A stretch of DNA of 64,000 nucleotides from Acholeplasmataceae bacterium (lineage in GTDB: Bacteria; Bacillota_I; Bacilli_A; Acholeplasmatales; Acholeplasmataceae). Within the stretch, counting starts at the first letter, position 1; the number at the start of each line of letters is the position of its first letter. Under the pieces are notes generated by a model. That model was not told the DNA's origin and ran no database searches. It saw only the letters and a program-made list of their open reading frames with translations. Location of the stretch: contig OY763415.1 in NCBI GenBank assembly GCA_963667565.1, positions 128,001-192,000 of the forward strand. Direction: 5' to 3'. The position numbers and the translations under genes were made by a program. Below, piece by piece: positions 26,732 to 34,855 of this stretch.

Positions 26732-28485
26732 GTAAAGAAGTTAAAATAAAAATTAATGACCAAGAAATCATTGCTAATGATTCTCAAACCATTTTAGAAG
26801 TTGCACAACAAAATGGATTATATATTCCAAGATTATGCTTCTTAAAAGATGTTCATGAAGAAGGAAATTGTCGTATTTGTTCAGTCAAAGTGGATGGACA
26901 AAAAAACTTAAAACCTGCATGTAAAACCAATGTTGTTGAAGGTATGAATATTATTACAAATGATCAAGAAGTTTATGATTATGTTTCTACAAACTTAGAG
27001 TTACTTGCAAGAAAACATCGTTTTGAATGTTTCAAATGTTCAAGAGAAGATAATTGTGAGTTTTTAGATTTACTTAGAAGATATTCAGTCGACAATGAGT
27101 TTTCACAAATGTATGGATTTAACACAAGTGATTACTATTATAGTGAATCCTCAGGTGTAATGGTTTTAGATAGCAGCAAATGTGTATTATGTGGGCGTTG
27201 TGTATCTGCATGTGAAAAACAATCAGGACTCGGTATCATTAACTTTAATGAACGTGGTTCAAATACATATATTGGTGCAGCTCAATTTCACCCTTTAGAA
27301 GATTCAGGTTGTATCTATTGTGGTAAATGTATTCAAGCATGTCCAACTGGTGCGATTAGAGAAAAAGATGACATCAAAAATGTTGAAAGAGCACTACGCG
27401 ATCCTTCAAAAACTGTTGTTGTACAAGTTGCACCATCTGTTAGAGCTGCATTAGGTGAATCTTTTGGATTCCCTATTGGAACAAACGTTGAAGGACAAAT
27501 GTTTACTGCACTTAAAATGATGGGTTTTGATGAAATTATGGATACAAACTTTACAGCTGATTTAACGATTATGGAAGAAGGTACTGAATTCATCAATCGT
27601 TTAAACGGTAAAGGCAAATTACCATTATTTACATCATGTTCACCAGGATGGGTCAACTATTTAGAATTATATTATCCAGAATTTATTGAAAATGTATCTT
27701 CATGTAAATCTCCACAACAAATGGCTGGAGCACTCATTAAGACTTATTATGCAGAAAAAATGAAATTAGATCCTAAACAAATCGTATCTGTATCTATCAT
27801 GCCTTGTGTTGCTAAAAAAGCTGAAGCTAGAAGAGAAGACATGGGAAGAGACGGATACATGGATGTTGATTATGTCTTAACAACAAGAGAGTTCTCAAGA
27901 CTTATTAAACGACATGATCTTGATTTAAATGATTTAGAACCATCTAAACCATTTGGTATGTTAGCAAGCTATACAGGGGCCGGTGCTATCTTTGGTGCTA
28001 CAGGTGGAGTTATGGAAGCTGCACTTCGTACAGTTTCTGAAATACTTGAAGAAAAACCAACACCAGTAGATTTTACCGCTGTTAGAGGTACTGCAGATAT
28101 TAAAGAAGCAACCATAAAAGTCAAAGGTATGGATGTTAACATAGCTGTTGTTCATGGTGGAGTCGCTATTAAAGCATTTTTAGAACAATTAAAACATTCA
28201 GATAAACAATATCATTTTGTTGAATTTATGGGATGTACTGGTGGATGTATCAATGGTGGTGGACAACCCATTGTTCCAGCAAAGATACAAGATCAAGTTG
28301 ATGTGAGAAAACTAAGAGCAGCTGTTTTATACGATATCGATCAAAAAGGTGAATTTAGAAAATCACATGAAAATCCATTTGTTCAAGAATTATATAAAGA
28401 ATATTTAGAAAAACCAAGCAGCCATAAGGCTCACAAATTACTTCATACATCATATCAAAAGAGAGAACCTTATCATGAAATTTAA
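26728..28485 (+). CDS. hydA: [FeFe]-hydrogenase catalytic subunit, group A3-like
   Basis: H-cluster motifs TSCSPGW, MPCVAKKAE and EFMGCTGGCINGGGQP. N-terminal 2Fe-2S, His-ligated 4Fe-4S (HRFECFKC..C) and 2x[4Fe-4S] motifs. Confidence 0.95.
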   Translation: MSKEVKIKINDQEIIANDSQTILEVAQQNGLYIPRLCFLKDVHEEGNCRICSVKVDGQKNLKPACKTNVVEGMNIITNDQEVYDYVSTNLELLARKHRFECFKCSREDNCEFLDLLRRYSVDNEFSQMYGFNTSDYYYSESSGVMVLDSSKCVLCGRCVSACEKQSGLGIINFNERGSNTYIGAAQFHPLEDSGCIYCGKCIQACPTGAIREKDDIKNVERALRDPSKTVVVQVAPSVRAALGESFGFPIGTNVEGQMFTALKMMGFDEIMDTNFTADLTIMEEGTEFINRLNGKGKLPLFTSCSPGWVNYLELYYPEFIENVSSCKSPQQMAGALIKTYYAEKMKLDPKQIVSVSIMPCVAKKAEARREDMGRDGYMDVDYVLTTREFSRLIKRHDLDLNDLEPSKPFGMLASYTGAGAIFGATGGVMEAALRTVSEILEEKPTPVDFTAVRGTADIKEATIKVKGMDVNIAVVHGGVAIKAFLEQLKHSDKQYHFVEFMGCTGGCINGGGQPIVPAKIQDQVDVRKLRAAVLYDIDQKGEFRKSHENPFVQELYKEYLEKPSSHKAHKLLHTSYQKREPYHEI

Positions 28486-29356
28486 AAAACTTTTTATCAC
28501 AATGATGGCATTATTATTAGTCGTTACTTTATCAAGTTGTGCAAAAAAAGAAGTATCAATCATCATCCCTGTAGGAACACCAACTTACGCATCAATTTTT
28601 TTAGATGATACTTATCAAATAGATACTGTACTTGGGGCTGACCCATTAGTTGCAGCATTTGGTGCTAAAACCTATGATGTTATTGTTGCTCCAACCAATT
28701 TAGGTGCTAAATTTTATGAAACATCTGATACATATCAATGTTTAGCAACCATCTCTTGGGGAAACTTATTCCTTGTCAGCCAAAATGAAATGACTTTAGC
28801 TGAATTAGATGGAAAAGATATTACAGCTTTTGGACAAAATCAAACACCTGACATTATTATGAGTTATGTATTAAGTGAAAATGATTTGACAACAAACATT
28901 ACATACTTAGCGAGTGCTACAGAAATTGCCTCTTCATTTGTTTTAAATCCTGAAGGTATATATTTAGTTGCAGAACCTCAATTAAGTGTTTTAGAAAGTT
29001 CACATACGCTTCATGCAATTGATTTACAACAAGCATATGAAGCTTTGACTGGATCTTATTCTTATCCACAAGCTTCAGTGTTTGTTCATAAAGATTTAAA
29101 TGCAACTACAATTGCAAAAATTGAAAAAGATTTAAAAGAATCGATTGATCAATTGTATAATGAAGATAACTTAAGTGAAGTAGCAACTTATATGAATTTA
29201 TCAGAAGCAGTCGCATCTAATGTCATCGATCGTTGTCATATTGAATATGTACGCGCAAGCGAAGTACAATCCGATATTGAAGCATATTTGCAAATGATGA
29301 TGTCATATAATGCAAATTTACTTTCAGAAATCCCAGGAGATTCTTTTTATCGTTAG
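28475..29356 (+). CDS. ABC transporter substrate-binding lipoprotein (NitT/TauT-like)
   Basis: Lipobox LSSC; PTNLGAK, WGNLFLV, FGQNQTPD, AEP and YPQA. Overlaps the hydA stop and is followed by a TauC-like permease. Confidence 0.7.
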   Translation: MKFKKLFITMMALLLVVTLSSCAKKEVSIIIPVGTPTYASIFLDDTYQIDTVLGADPLVAAFGAKTYDVIVAPTNLGAKFYETSDTYQCLATISWGNLFLVSQNEMTLAELDGKDITAFGQNQTPDIIMSYVLSENDLTTNITYLASATEIASSFVLNPEGIYLVAEPQLSVLESSHTLHAIDLQQAYEALTGSYSYPQASVFVHKDLNATTIAKIEKDLKESIDQLYNEDNLSEVATYMNLSEAVASNVIDRCHIEYVRASEVQSDIEAYLQMMMSYNANLLSEIPGDSFYR

Positions 29357-29365
29357 GAGCATATT

Positions 29366-30091
29366 ATGAAAAAAACATATGTGATGATTTCATCTATAGT
29401 ATCGATTGTGATGATTTGGTATCTTTTGTTTATCATCATCGGTGAACCGTTATTGATGCCTAGTTTTCATGATGTTTTAATCAGTTTGTTTCATATGCTC
29501 TTTTCTATTCAAATTATAACTATTTTACTAAGTTTATTAAGATTATTTATAGGATTTTTAATTGCTGCAATATTAGGTATTGTTTTTGGATTTATCAGTG
29601 CTAAAAACAAGTGGGCTGAAATCTTCCAAAGACCTTATGTTACCATATTAAGAACGATACCCGTTTTATCAGTCGTAGTCATATTATTTATTTTAATAGG
29701 TTCTGATATAGCAGTTTATGTCATCGTATTTCTTATGATTTTCCCACTCTTTTATCAATCGACATTAAACATTATTAAAAACATCGATAAATCTTTACTT
29801 GATGTATTAAAAATGAACGAAGGACATATCAAAGAAAGCATTAAATATGTATATTATCCAATTTTAAAAGAAGGATTGTTTGTTACCATATTTCAGTCAT
29901 TAGGTCTAGGTGTTAAAGTATTAGTCATGGCAGAATATTTGATGCAAACAAAGCATTCGATTGGACAATCTATTTATGTTGCAAAAGTTAATTTAATGTA
30001 TGCAGATGTGTATGCATGGACATTTGTTTTAATTATGATGACCATTTTACTTGAAATGATTGTGCACCATATTCAAAAAAAGCAAATGTAA
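29366..30091 (+). CDS. ABC transporter permease (TauC/NitT-like)
   Basis: SLLRLFIGF, LRTIPVLS and GLGVKVLVMAEYL...IG; about 6 TM segments. Confidence 0.85.
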   Translation: MKKTYVMISSIVSIVMIWYLLFIIIGEPLLMPSFHDVLISLFHMLFSIQIITILLSLLRLFIGFLIAAILGIVFGFISAKNKWAEIFQRPYVTILRTIPVLSVVVILFILIGSDIAVYVIVFLMIFPLFYQSTLNIIKNIDKSLLDVLKMNEGHIKESIKYVYYPILKEGLFVTIFQSLGLGVKVLVMAEYLMQTKHSIGQSIYVAKVNLMYADVYAWTFVLIMMTILLEMIVHHIQKKQM

Positions 30092-30111
30092 TTATATATA
30101 GTATTTTACGT

Positions 30112-30139
30112 AAGAGGAGAAGCGTTCTCCTCTTTTTTT
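30112..30139 (+). terminator. Terminator of the hydrogenase/ABC operon
   Basis: AAGAGGAGAA-GCG-TTCTCCTCTT plus T-run. Confidence 0.85.
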
Positions 30140-30236
30140 ACGAAAATACGAAAACGATTAAGATGAAAAATGGCTTTATGCTCGGTATTAACCATAAATT
30201 ACGAAAAAACCGCTTACATTTTCGTAAAAAGTTCGG

Positions 30237-30265
30237 TTGACACTGTTTTTTCAGGGTGATATAAT
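30237..30265 (+). promoter_or_regulatory. Consensus sigma-A promoter of the lacI-sugar operon
   Basis: TTGACA (30237) - 17 bp - TATAAT (30260), with a TG extension. Confidence 0.85.
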
Positions 30266-30270
30266 TGAGA

Positions 30271-30288
30271 TACGAAAACGATTTCGTA
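30271..30288. promoter_or_regulatory. LacI-family operator at the predicted transcription start
   Basis: Near-perfect palindrome TACGAAAACGATTTCGTA with a central CG. Partial copy TACGAAAACGATTA at 30147-30160 and TTACGAAAA...TTTTCGTAA at 30199-30227. Confidence 0.8.
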
Positions 30289-30307
30289 AACATAGGAGAA
30301 AAAAACA

Positions 30308-31315
30308 ATGATTAAAATCAAGGACATTGCCGCCAAGTGCGGTGTTTCTGTTGCTACTGTAAGTAAAGCACTTAACCACAGTCCAGAAATCAGTGAGAAA
30401 ACCACAGAGTTTATCATTAAAACAGCAAATGAATTAGGTTATGTTGCTAATTCAAATGCAAGAAGTTTGAAAACGAATCGGTCGTATAATTTAGGGTTAT
30501 TATATGTCGATCCATCTCAATCTGGTTTGGAACATGAATATTTTTCTTCAATTCTTAATAGTATTAAGAGAGAAGCAGAATATTACGGTTATGATGTAAC
30601 ATTCATTAGCAACAAAATTGGAGGTTCAAAAAAATCTTATTTGACTCATGCGAAGTATCGTGGATGTGATGGTGTTATTGTCGTATCTGCAGATTTTAAA
30701 GATCAAGAAATTATTGAGCTTGTAGAATCAGATATGCCTACTGTGACGATTGATCACGTATTCAATAACAGAACATCAATCATGTCAGATAATATTAGTG
30801 GTCTTGGTGAAATTGTTAAGTATGTACATGAAAAAGGGCATCAAAAAATTGCTTTTATCCATGGAGAAGACACAACAGTTACACAACAAAGACTTGCAAG
30901 TTTTTATAAAGCGTGTGCAGAATCAGGCATTTTAGTCCCTAAAGACTATATTAAAGAAGCACTTTACCACATTCCAAAAGATAGTGGTTTAGCAACACGC
31001 CAATTATTAGAACTTGAAGACCGTCCATCTTGTATTATTTTCCCAGATGATTATTCATATATGGGAGGACTTACAGAGATTGAGAAACACGGACTAAAAA
31101 TTCCAGAAGATATCAGTGTTGTTGGTTATGATGGTATTTATTTATCTAGAATTTTAAGACCAGTATTAACTACCTATGTGCAAGACAGTAACGAAATCGG
31201 TAAAACATCAGTCTTGAAATTAATTCAAATGATTGAAAATCCTAAAACGTTTATTGCACAGCAGGTCATTATCAAAGGACATTTACAAGAGGGGCAAACA
31301 GTTAAACAACTTTAG
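30308..31315 (+). CDS. LacI family transcriptional regulator
   Basis: IKDIAAKCGVSVATVSKALN HTH, and IPEDISVVGYD with LTT in the effector domain. Confidence 0.95.
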   Translation: MIKIKDIAAKCGVSVATVSKALNHSPEISEKTTEFIIKTANELGYVANSNARSLKTNRSYNLGLLYVDPSQSGLEHEYFSSILNSIKREAEYYGYDVTFISNKIGGSKKSYLTHAKYRGCDGVIVVSADFKDQEIIELVESDMPTVTIDHVFNNRTSIMSDNISGLGEIVKYVHEKGHQKIAFIHGEDTTVTQQRLASFYKACAESGILVPKDYIKEALYHIPKDSGLATRQLLELEDRPSCIIFPDDYSYMGGLTEIEKHGLKIPEDISVVGYDGIYLSRILRPVLTTYVQDSNEIGKTSVLKLIQMIENPKTFIAQQVIIKGHLQEGQTVKQL

Positions 31316-31366
31316 GTAACAATCATAGGGAGTCTATGAAATAAATAAAAGGAGAAGGTTACAAAA

Positions 31367-32767
31367 ATGAAAAAAATAGTTTTATTTTTATTAACACTTG
31401 TCGTAGCTGTGGGGTTATTTGCATGTAATAATGATAATACTTCAACAACTGCTGATGAAGGTGATGTTTTAGTGATTAGAGCTTGGAATACAGAATTTCA
31501 AGATCGCTTTAGAGCATTTTACCCATCATATGTTAAAACTTTAGAAAATGGTAATGATTTACTTATCGATGGCACTGAAGTTAAATGGATTATTGTTGCA
31601 AATGATAACAATGGATATCAAACAGCTTTAGATCAAGCATTATTAAATCAAAGTAGTGCAGCAGATGATGATAAAGTAGATATTTTCCTTATCGAAGCTG
31701 ACTATGCAAGAAAATATACTGATGTTTCTGGTGATCCAGTTGCATTAGATTTAGTTGATGATTTAGGTATTCCAGAAGAATTACTTGCTGATCAATATCA
31801 ATATACAAAAGATATTGTAACTGATAGCGAAGGAAAATTAAGAGCTACTTCATGGCAAGCAACTCCAGGTTTATTTGCTTATCGTCGTTCAATTGCAGAA
31901 GATGTATTAGGATCAGATGATCCAGTAACAGTACAAAATGCAATTTCTGATTGGACTAAATTTGATTCAGTAGCTTCACAAATGAAGGCTGACGGTTATT
32001 ATATGCTATCAGGATATGATGATGCATATCGTACATTCTCAAATAATTTTAGTGGTAAATGGGTAAATGGTACTCAAGTAAGAATTGATGATCAAGTTGT
32101 TAATTGGATTAAACAAACTAAGATCTATTCAAACAATGCATACAACAATGGGAATTCATTATGGAGCGAAGGTTGGGCAGCTGATCAAGGTCCAGATGGA
32201 AATGTATTTGGATTCTTCTACTCAACTTGGGGTATTAACTTTACATTATTAGGAAACTCATTAGCAGATCCAAATGCAGCCCAAGAAGTTGGCAATGGTA
32301 TTTATGGCGATTGGGGTGTTGTACAAGGACCTGCAAGTTATTATTGGGGTGGTACTTGGATCGTTGGTGCTGTAGGTACTGATAACAAAACATTAGTTAG
32401 AGATATTATGGTAACTTTAACAATGAATAGTAGTATTGCTAAAGACATCACATTAACAACTCAAGATTACACAAACAATAAGAGTGCAATGGATTATATT
32501 GCAAATGATCCAAGTTATGGTTCAGCATTTTTAGGCGGTCAAAATCATATCGCATTATTTAACAGCGCAGCTGATAATATTGATATGAGTAATACATCTC
32601 CATATGATCAAGGTTTAAATGAAAGTATTCAAAATGCATTCTCTGATTACTTTACAGGTGAAGTTACATGGGCACAAGCATGGTCAAATTTTGAAAATGC
32701 AGTTTCTACACTTTATCCTGAATTAACTTTCCCAGCATCTTATCCAGCAGAACCAACATATAACTAA
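31367..32767 (+). CDS. Sugar ABC transporter substrate-binding lipoprotein
   Basis: Lipobox LFAC; DIFLIEADY, SWQATPG..AYRRSIA and YWGGTW; located in a GH94/GH1 operon. Confidence 0.88.
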   Translation: MKKIVLFLLTLVVAVGLFACNNDNTSTTADEGDVLVIRAWNTEFQDRFRAFYPSYVKTLENGNDLLIDGTEVKWIIVANDNNGYQTALDQALLNQSSAADDDKVDIFLIEADYARKYTDVSGDPVALDLVDDLGIPEELLADQYQYTKDIVTDSEGKLRATSWQATPGLFAYRRSIAEDVLGSDDPVTVQNAISDWTKFDSVASQMKADGYYMLSGYDDAYRTFSNNFSGKWVNGTQVRIDDQVVNWIKQTKIYSNNAYNNGNSLWSEGWAADQGPDGNVFGFFYSTWGINFTLLGNSLADPNAAQEVGNGIYGDWGVVQGPASYYWGGTWIVGAVGTDNKTLVRDIMVTLTMNSSIAKDITLTTQDYTNNKSAMDYIANDPSYGSAFLGGQNHIALFNSAADNIDMSNTSPYDQGLNESIQNAFSDYFTGEVTWAQAWSNFENAVSTLYPELTFPASYPAEPTYN

Positions 32768-32790
32768 TTAATAAACAAAACTATGAAAAG

Positions 32791-32819
32791 GTAATGAGGA
32801 GATTTAATCTCCTCATTAT
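32791..32819 (+). other. Intercistronic stem-loop after the SBP gene (mRNA-stabilising type)
   Basis: GTAATGAGGAGA-TTTAA-TCTCCTCATTAT with no T-run, between SBP and permease. Confidence 0.6.
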
Positions 32820-32841
32820 CAACATATAGTAAGGAGTTTCC

Positions 32842-34836
32842 ATGCAACAAGAATCTAAACTACAACCACTTAAAGAAAAAACAAAAAAAACAAGAGTGGA
32901 TTATAACAAATGGGGATATTATTTCCTTATTCCTTTTATTGTTGTTTATTTTGTTTTTTCCTTAATCCCGTTATTGTCAACATTTTATTATAGTTTTTTT
33001 GAATATCGACAACAAGGATTATCAATTATAGGGCCTAATTTTATAGGTTTTCAAAACTACTCAACTGTATTTACAGAAGGACCCGATAAATTATTTAAAT
33101 ATTTTGGTAATACCATGATTATGTGGATTCTAGGCTTCATTCCACAATTAGTCATCTCATTACTTTTCGCTTTATGGTTTACCAGTAACAGGTTAAAAAT
33201 AAAAGCAAGCAGTTTTTATAAAACCATTATGTATATGCCTAATTTAGTGATGGCTGCAGCATTTTCCATGTTATTTATGCAATTATTTGGAAAAAATGGG
33301 CCTATTGAAACTCTATTGATTAACTCTGGCATTGTCGGTGAGACATTCACATTTGCAGGTAAAGTTTGGGCATCTAGGAGTATTATAGCTTTCATGAATT
33401 TCCTCATGTGGTTTGGTAATACAACTATTTTGTTAATGGCCGGTATTATGGGTATTGATCAAATGGTCATAGAGTCTGCTCAAGTTGATGGGGCATCAAG
33501 TGCAAAGGTCTTTTATAAAATCATACTTCCACTTTTAAAACCGATTTTGTTATTTGTATTAGTCACATCATTAATTGGTGGTGTGCAAATGTTTGATATA
33601 CCTTACATCTATTCACAAGGTGATGGTGGTCCTAATTTTTCAACCATGACCATTATGATGTATTTATCAAAATTACTAGGACCAAGTAAACAATTAGGTC
33701 TTGCGGGTGCAGTATCTGTTCTTGTATTTATTATCACAGGAGCAATGAGTGTATTTTTCTTCAAGTTTTTAGGTACTGATAATGAAAAAGCTGTTGTCGA
33801 AAAATCACATAAGGACTTATTAAAACCATTAAAAGAGTGGTTTAAAAAACATGATGTTGTTGATTATTTAAGAACTAAAAGATATGAACGAAAAGTCATC
33901 AAAGAAAGCAATAAAGAACAAAAGAAAAAACAAAATGGTATGACATCTAAACTTTCATTAATTGGCCAAAAGTTCCTTGTATATCTTGTGTTCACATTAT
34001 TTACATTAACCATTATATTTATCTTTTATTTACTCATATTAAATGCAACAAAGAGTCATACTTGGATTCAAAGAGGATTTAACATATTACCAGATGGTAC
34101 ATTTAAAGAAAATATATTTAGATTTTTTGATAGTTTAGTACCACAAAGTAATTTCTTAATTAATTTTAATAATCTATTAGATAATCAAAACTTACATGTG
34201 GGTCGCGCATTGTTTAATAGTTTATTCATCTCTGTTTCAACAGCAGTATTAACAACTTATTTTAGTGCAATGACAGCTTATGCCATCCACCTTTATAAGT
34301 TTAAGGGTAGAAAATTCATCTATACATTTATATTAAGTATTATGATGATTCCAACTCAAATTGCCAGTGCTGGATTAATTGCGTTGCTCTATCGTTATAG
34401 TTTACTTGATAACTACTGGATCTTAATTGTTCCAGGTATTGCAGCACCTGCAACATTTTTCTTCATGAAGCAATATATGGATTCAGTATTACCCTATGAG
34501 GTCATTGAATCTGCAAGAGTTGATGGAGCAACAGAAATTAAGACTTTCCACCGACTTGTATTACCAATGATTAGTCCAGCAATTGCTGTTCAGTTTATTT
34601 TTAGTTTTGTTGCTTCTTGGAATAATTTCTATTTACCAAATTTAGTAATTATCTCACCAGAGAAGAAGACAATTCCAATCGTCATTAGTTTATTAACAAG
34701 TTCAAGTCCAGACACATTTGATTTAGGACCTGTATATATGCTAATGGTATTAGCGATTGTACCTATGATGATTATTTATTTAATATTATCTAAAAAAATT
34801 ATCAAAGGTGTCACTTTAGGTAGTGTAAAAGGATAG
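32842..34836 (+). CDS. Sugar ABC permease, MalF-like and MalG-like halves fused
   Basis: One 664-aa ORF with two EAA loops (IESAQVDGAS; IESARVDGAT) joined by a Lys-rich linker. Confidence 0.88.
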   Translation: MQQESKLQPLKEKTKKTRVDYNKWGYYFLIPFIVVYFVFSLIPLLSTFYYSFFEYRQQGLSIIGPNFIGFQNYSTVFTEGPDKLFKYFGNTMIMWILGFIPQLVISLLFALWFTSNRLKIKASSFYKTIMYMPNLVMAAAFSMLFMQLFGKNGPIETLLINSGIVGETFTFAGKVWASRSIIAFMNFLMWFGNTTILLMAGIMGIDQMVIESAQVDGASSAKVFYKIILPLLKPILLFVLVTSLIGGVQMFDIPYIYSQGDGGPNFSTMTIMMYLSKLLGPSKQLGLAGAVSVLVFIITGAMSVFFFKFLGTDNEKAVVEKSHKDLLKPLKEWFKKHDVVDYLRTKRYERKVIKESNKEQKKKQNGMTSKLSLIGQKFLVYLVFTLFTLTIIFIFYLLILNATKSHTWIQRGFNILPDGTFKENIFRFFDSLVPQSNFLINFNNLLDNQNLHVGRALFNSLFISVSTAVLTTYFSAMTAYAIHLYKFKGRKFIYTFILSIMMIPTQIASAGLIALLYRYSLLDNYWILIVPGIAAPATFFFMKQYMDSVLPYEVIESARVDGATEIKTFHRLVLPMISPAIAVQFIFSFVASWNNFYLPNLVIISPEKKTIPIVISLLTSSSPDTFDLGPVYMLMVLAIVPMMIIYLILSKKIIKGVTLGSVKG

Positions 34837-34855
34837 AATTTGGAGAACAATTAAA

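Noticed and set aside
31323..31344. Mini-ORF ATG AAA TAA after GGGAG between lacI and the SBP gene
   Set aside because: SD-to-ATG spacing is only 3 nt and it lies in a small hairpin (TCATAG/CTATGA). Likely chance.
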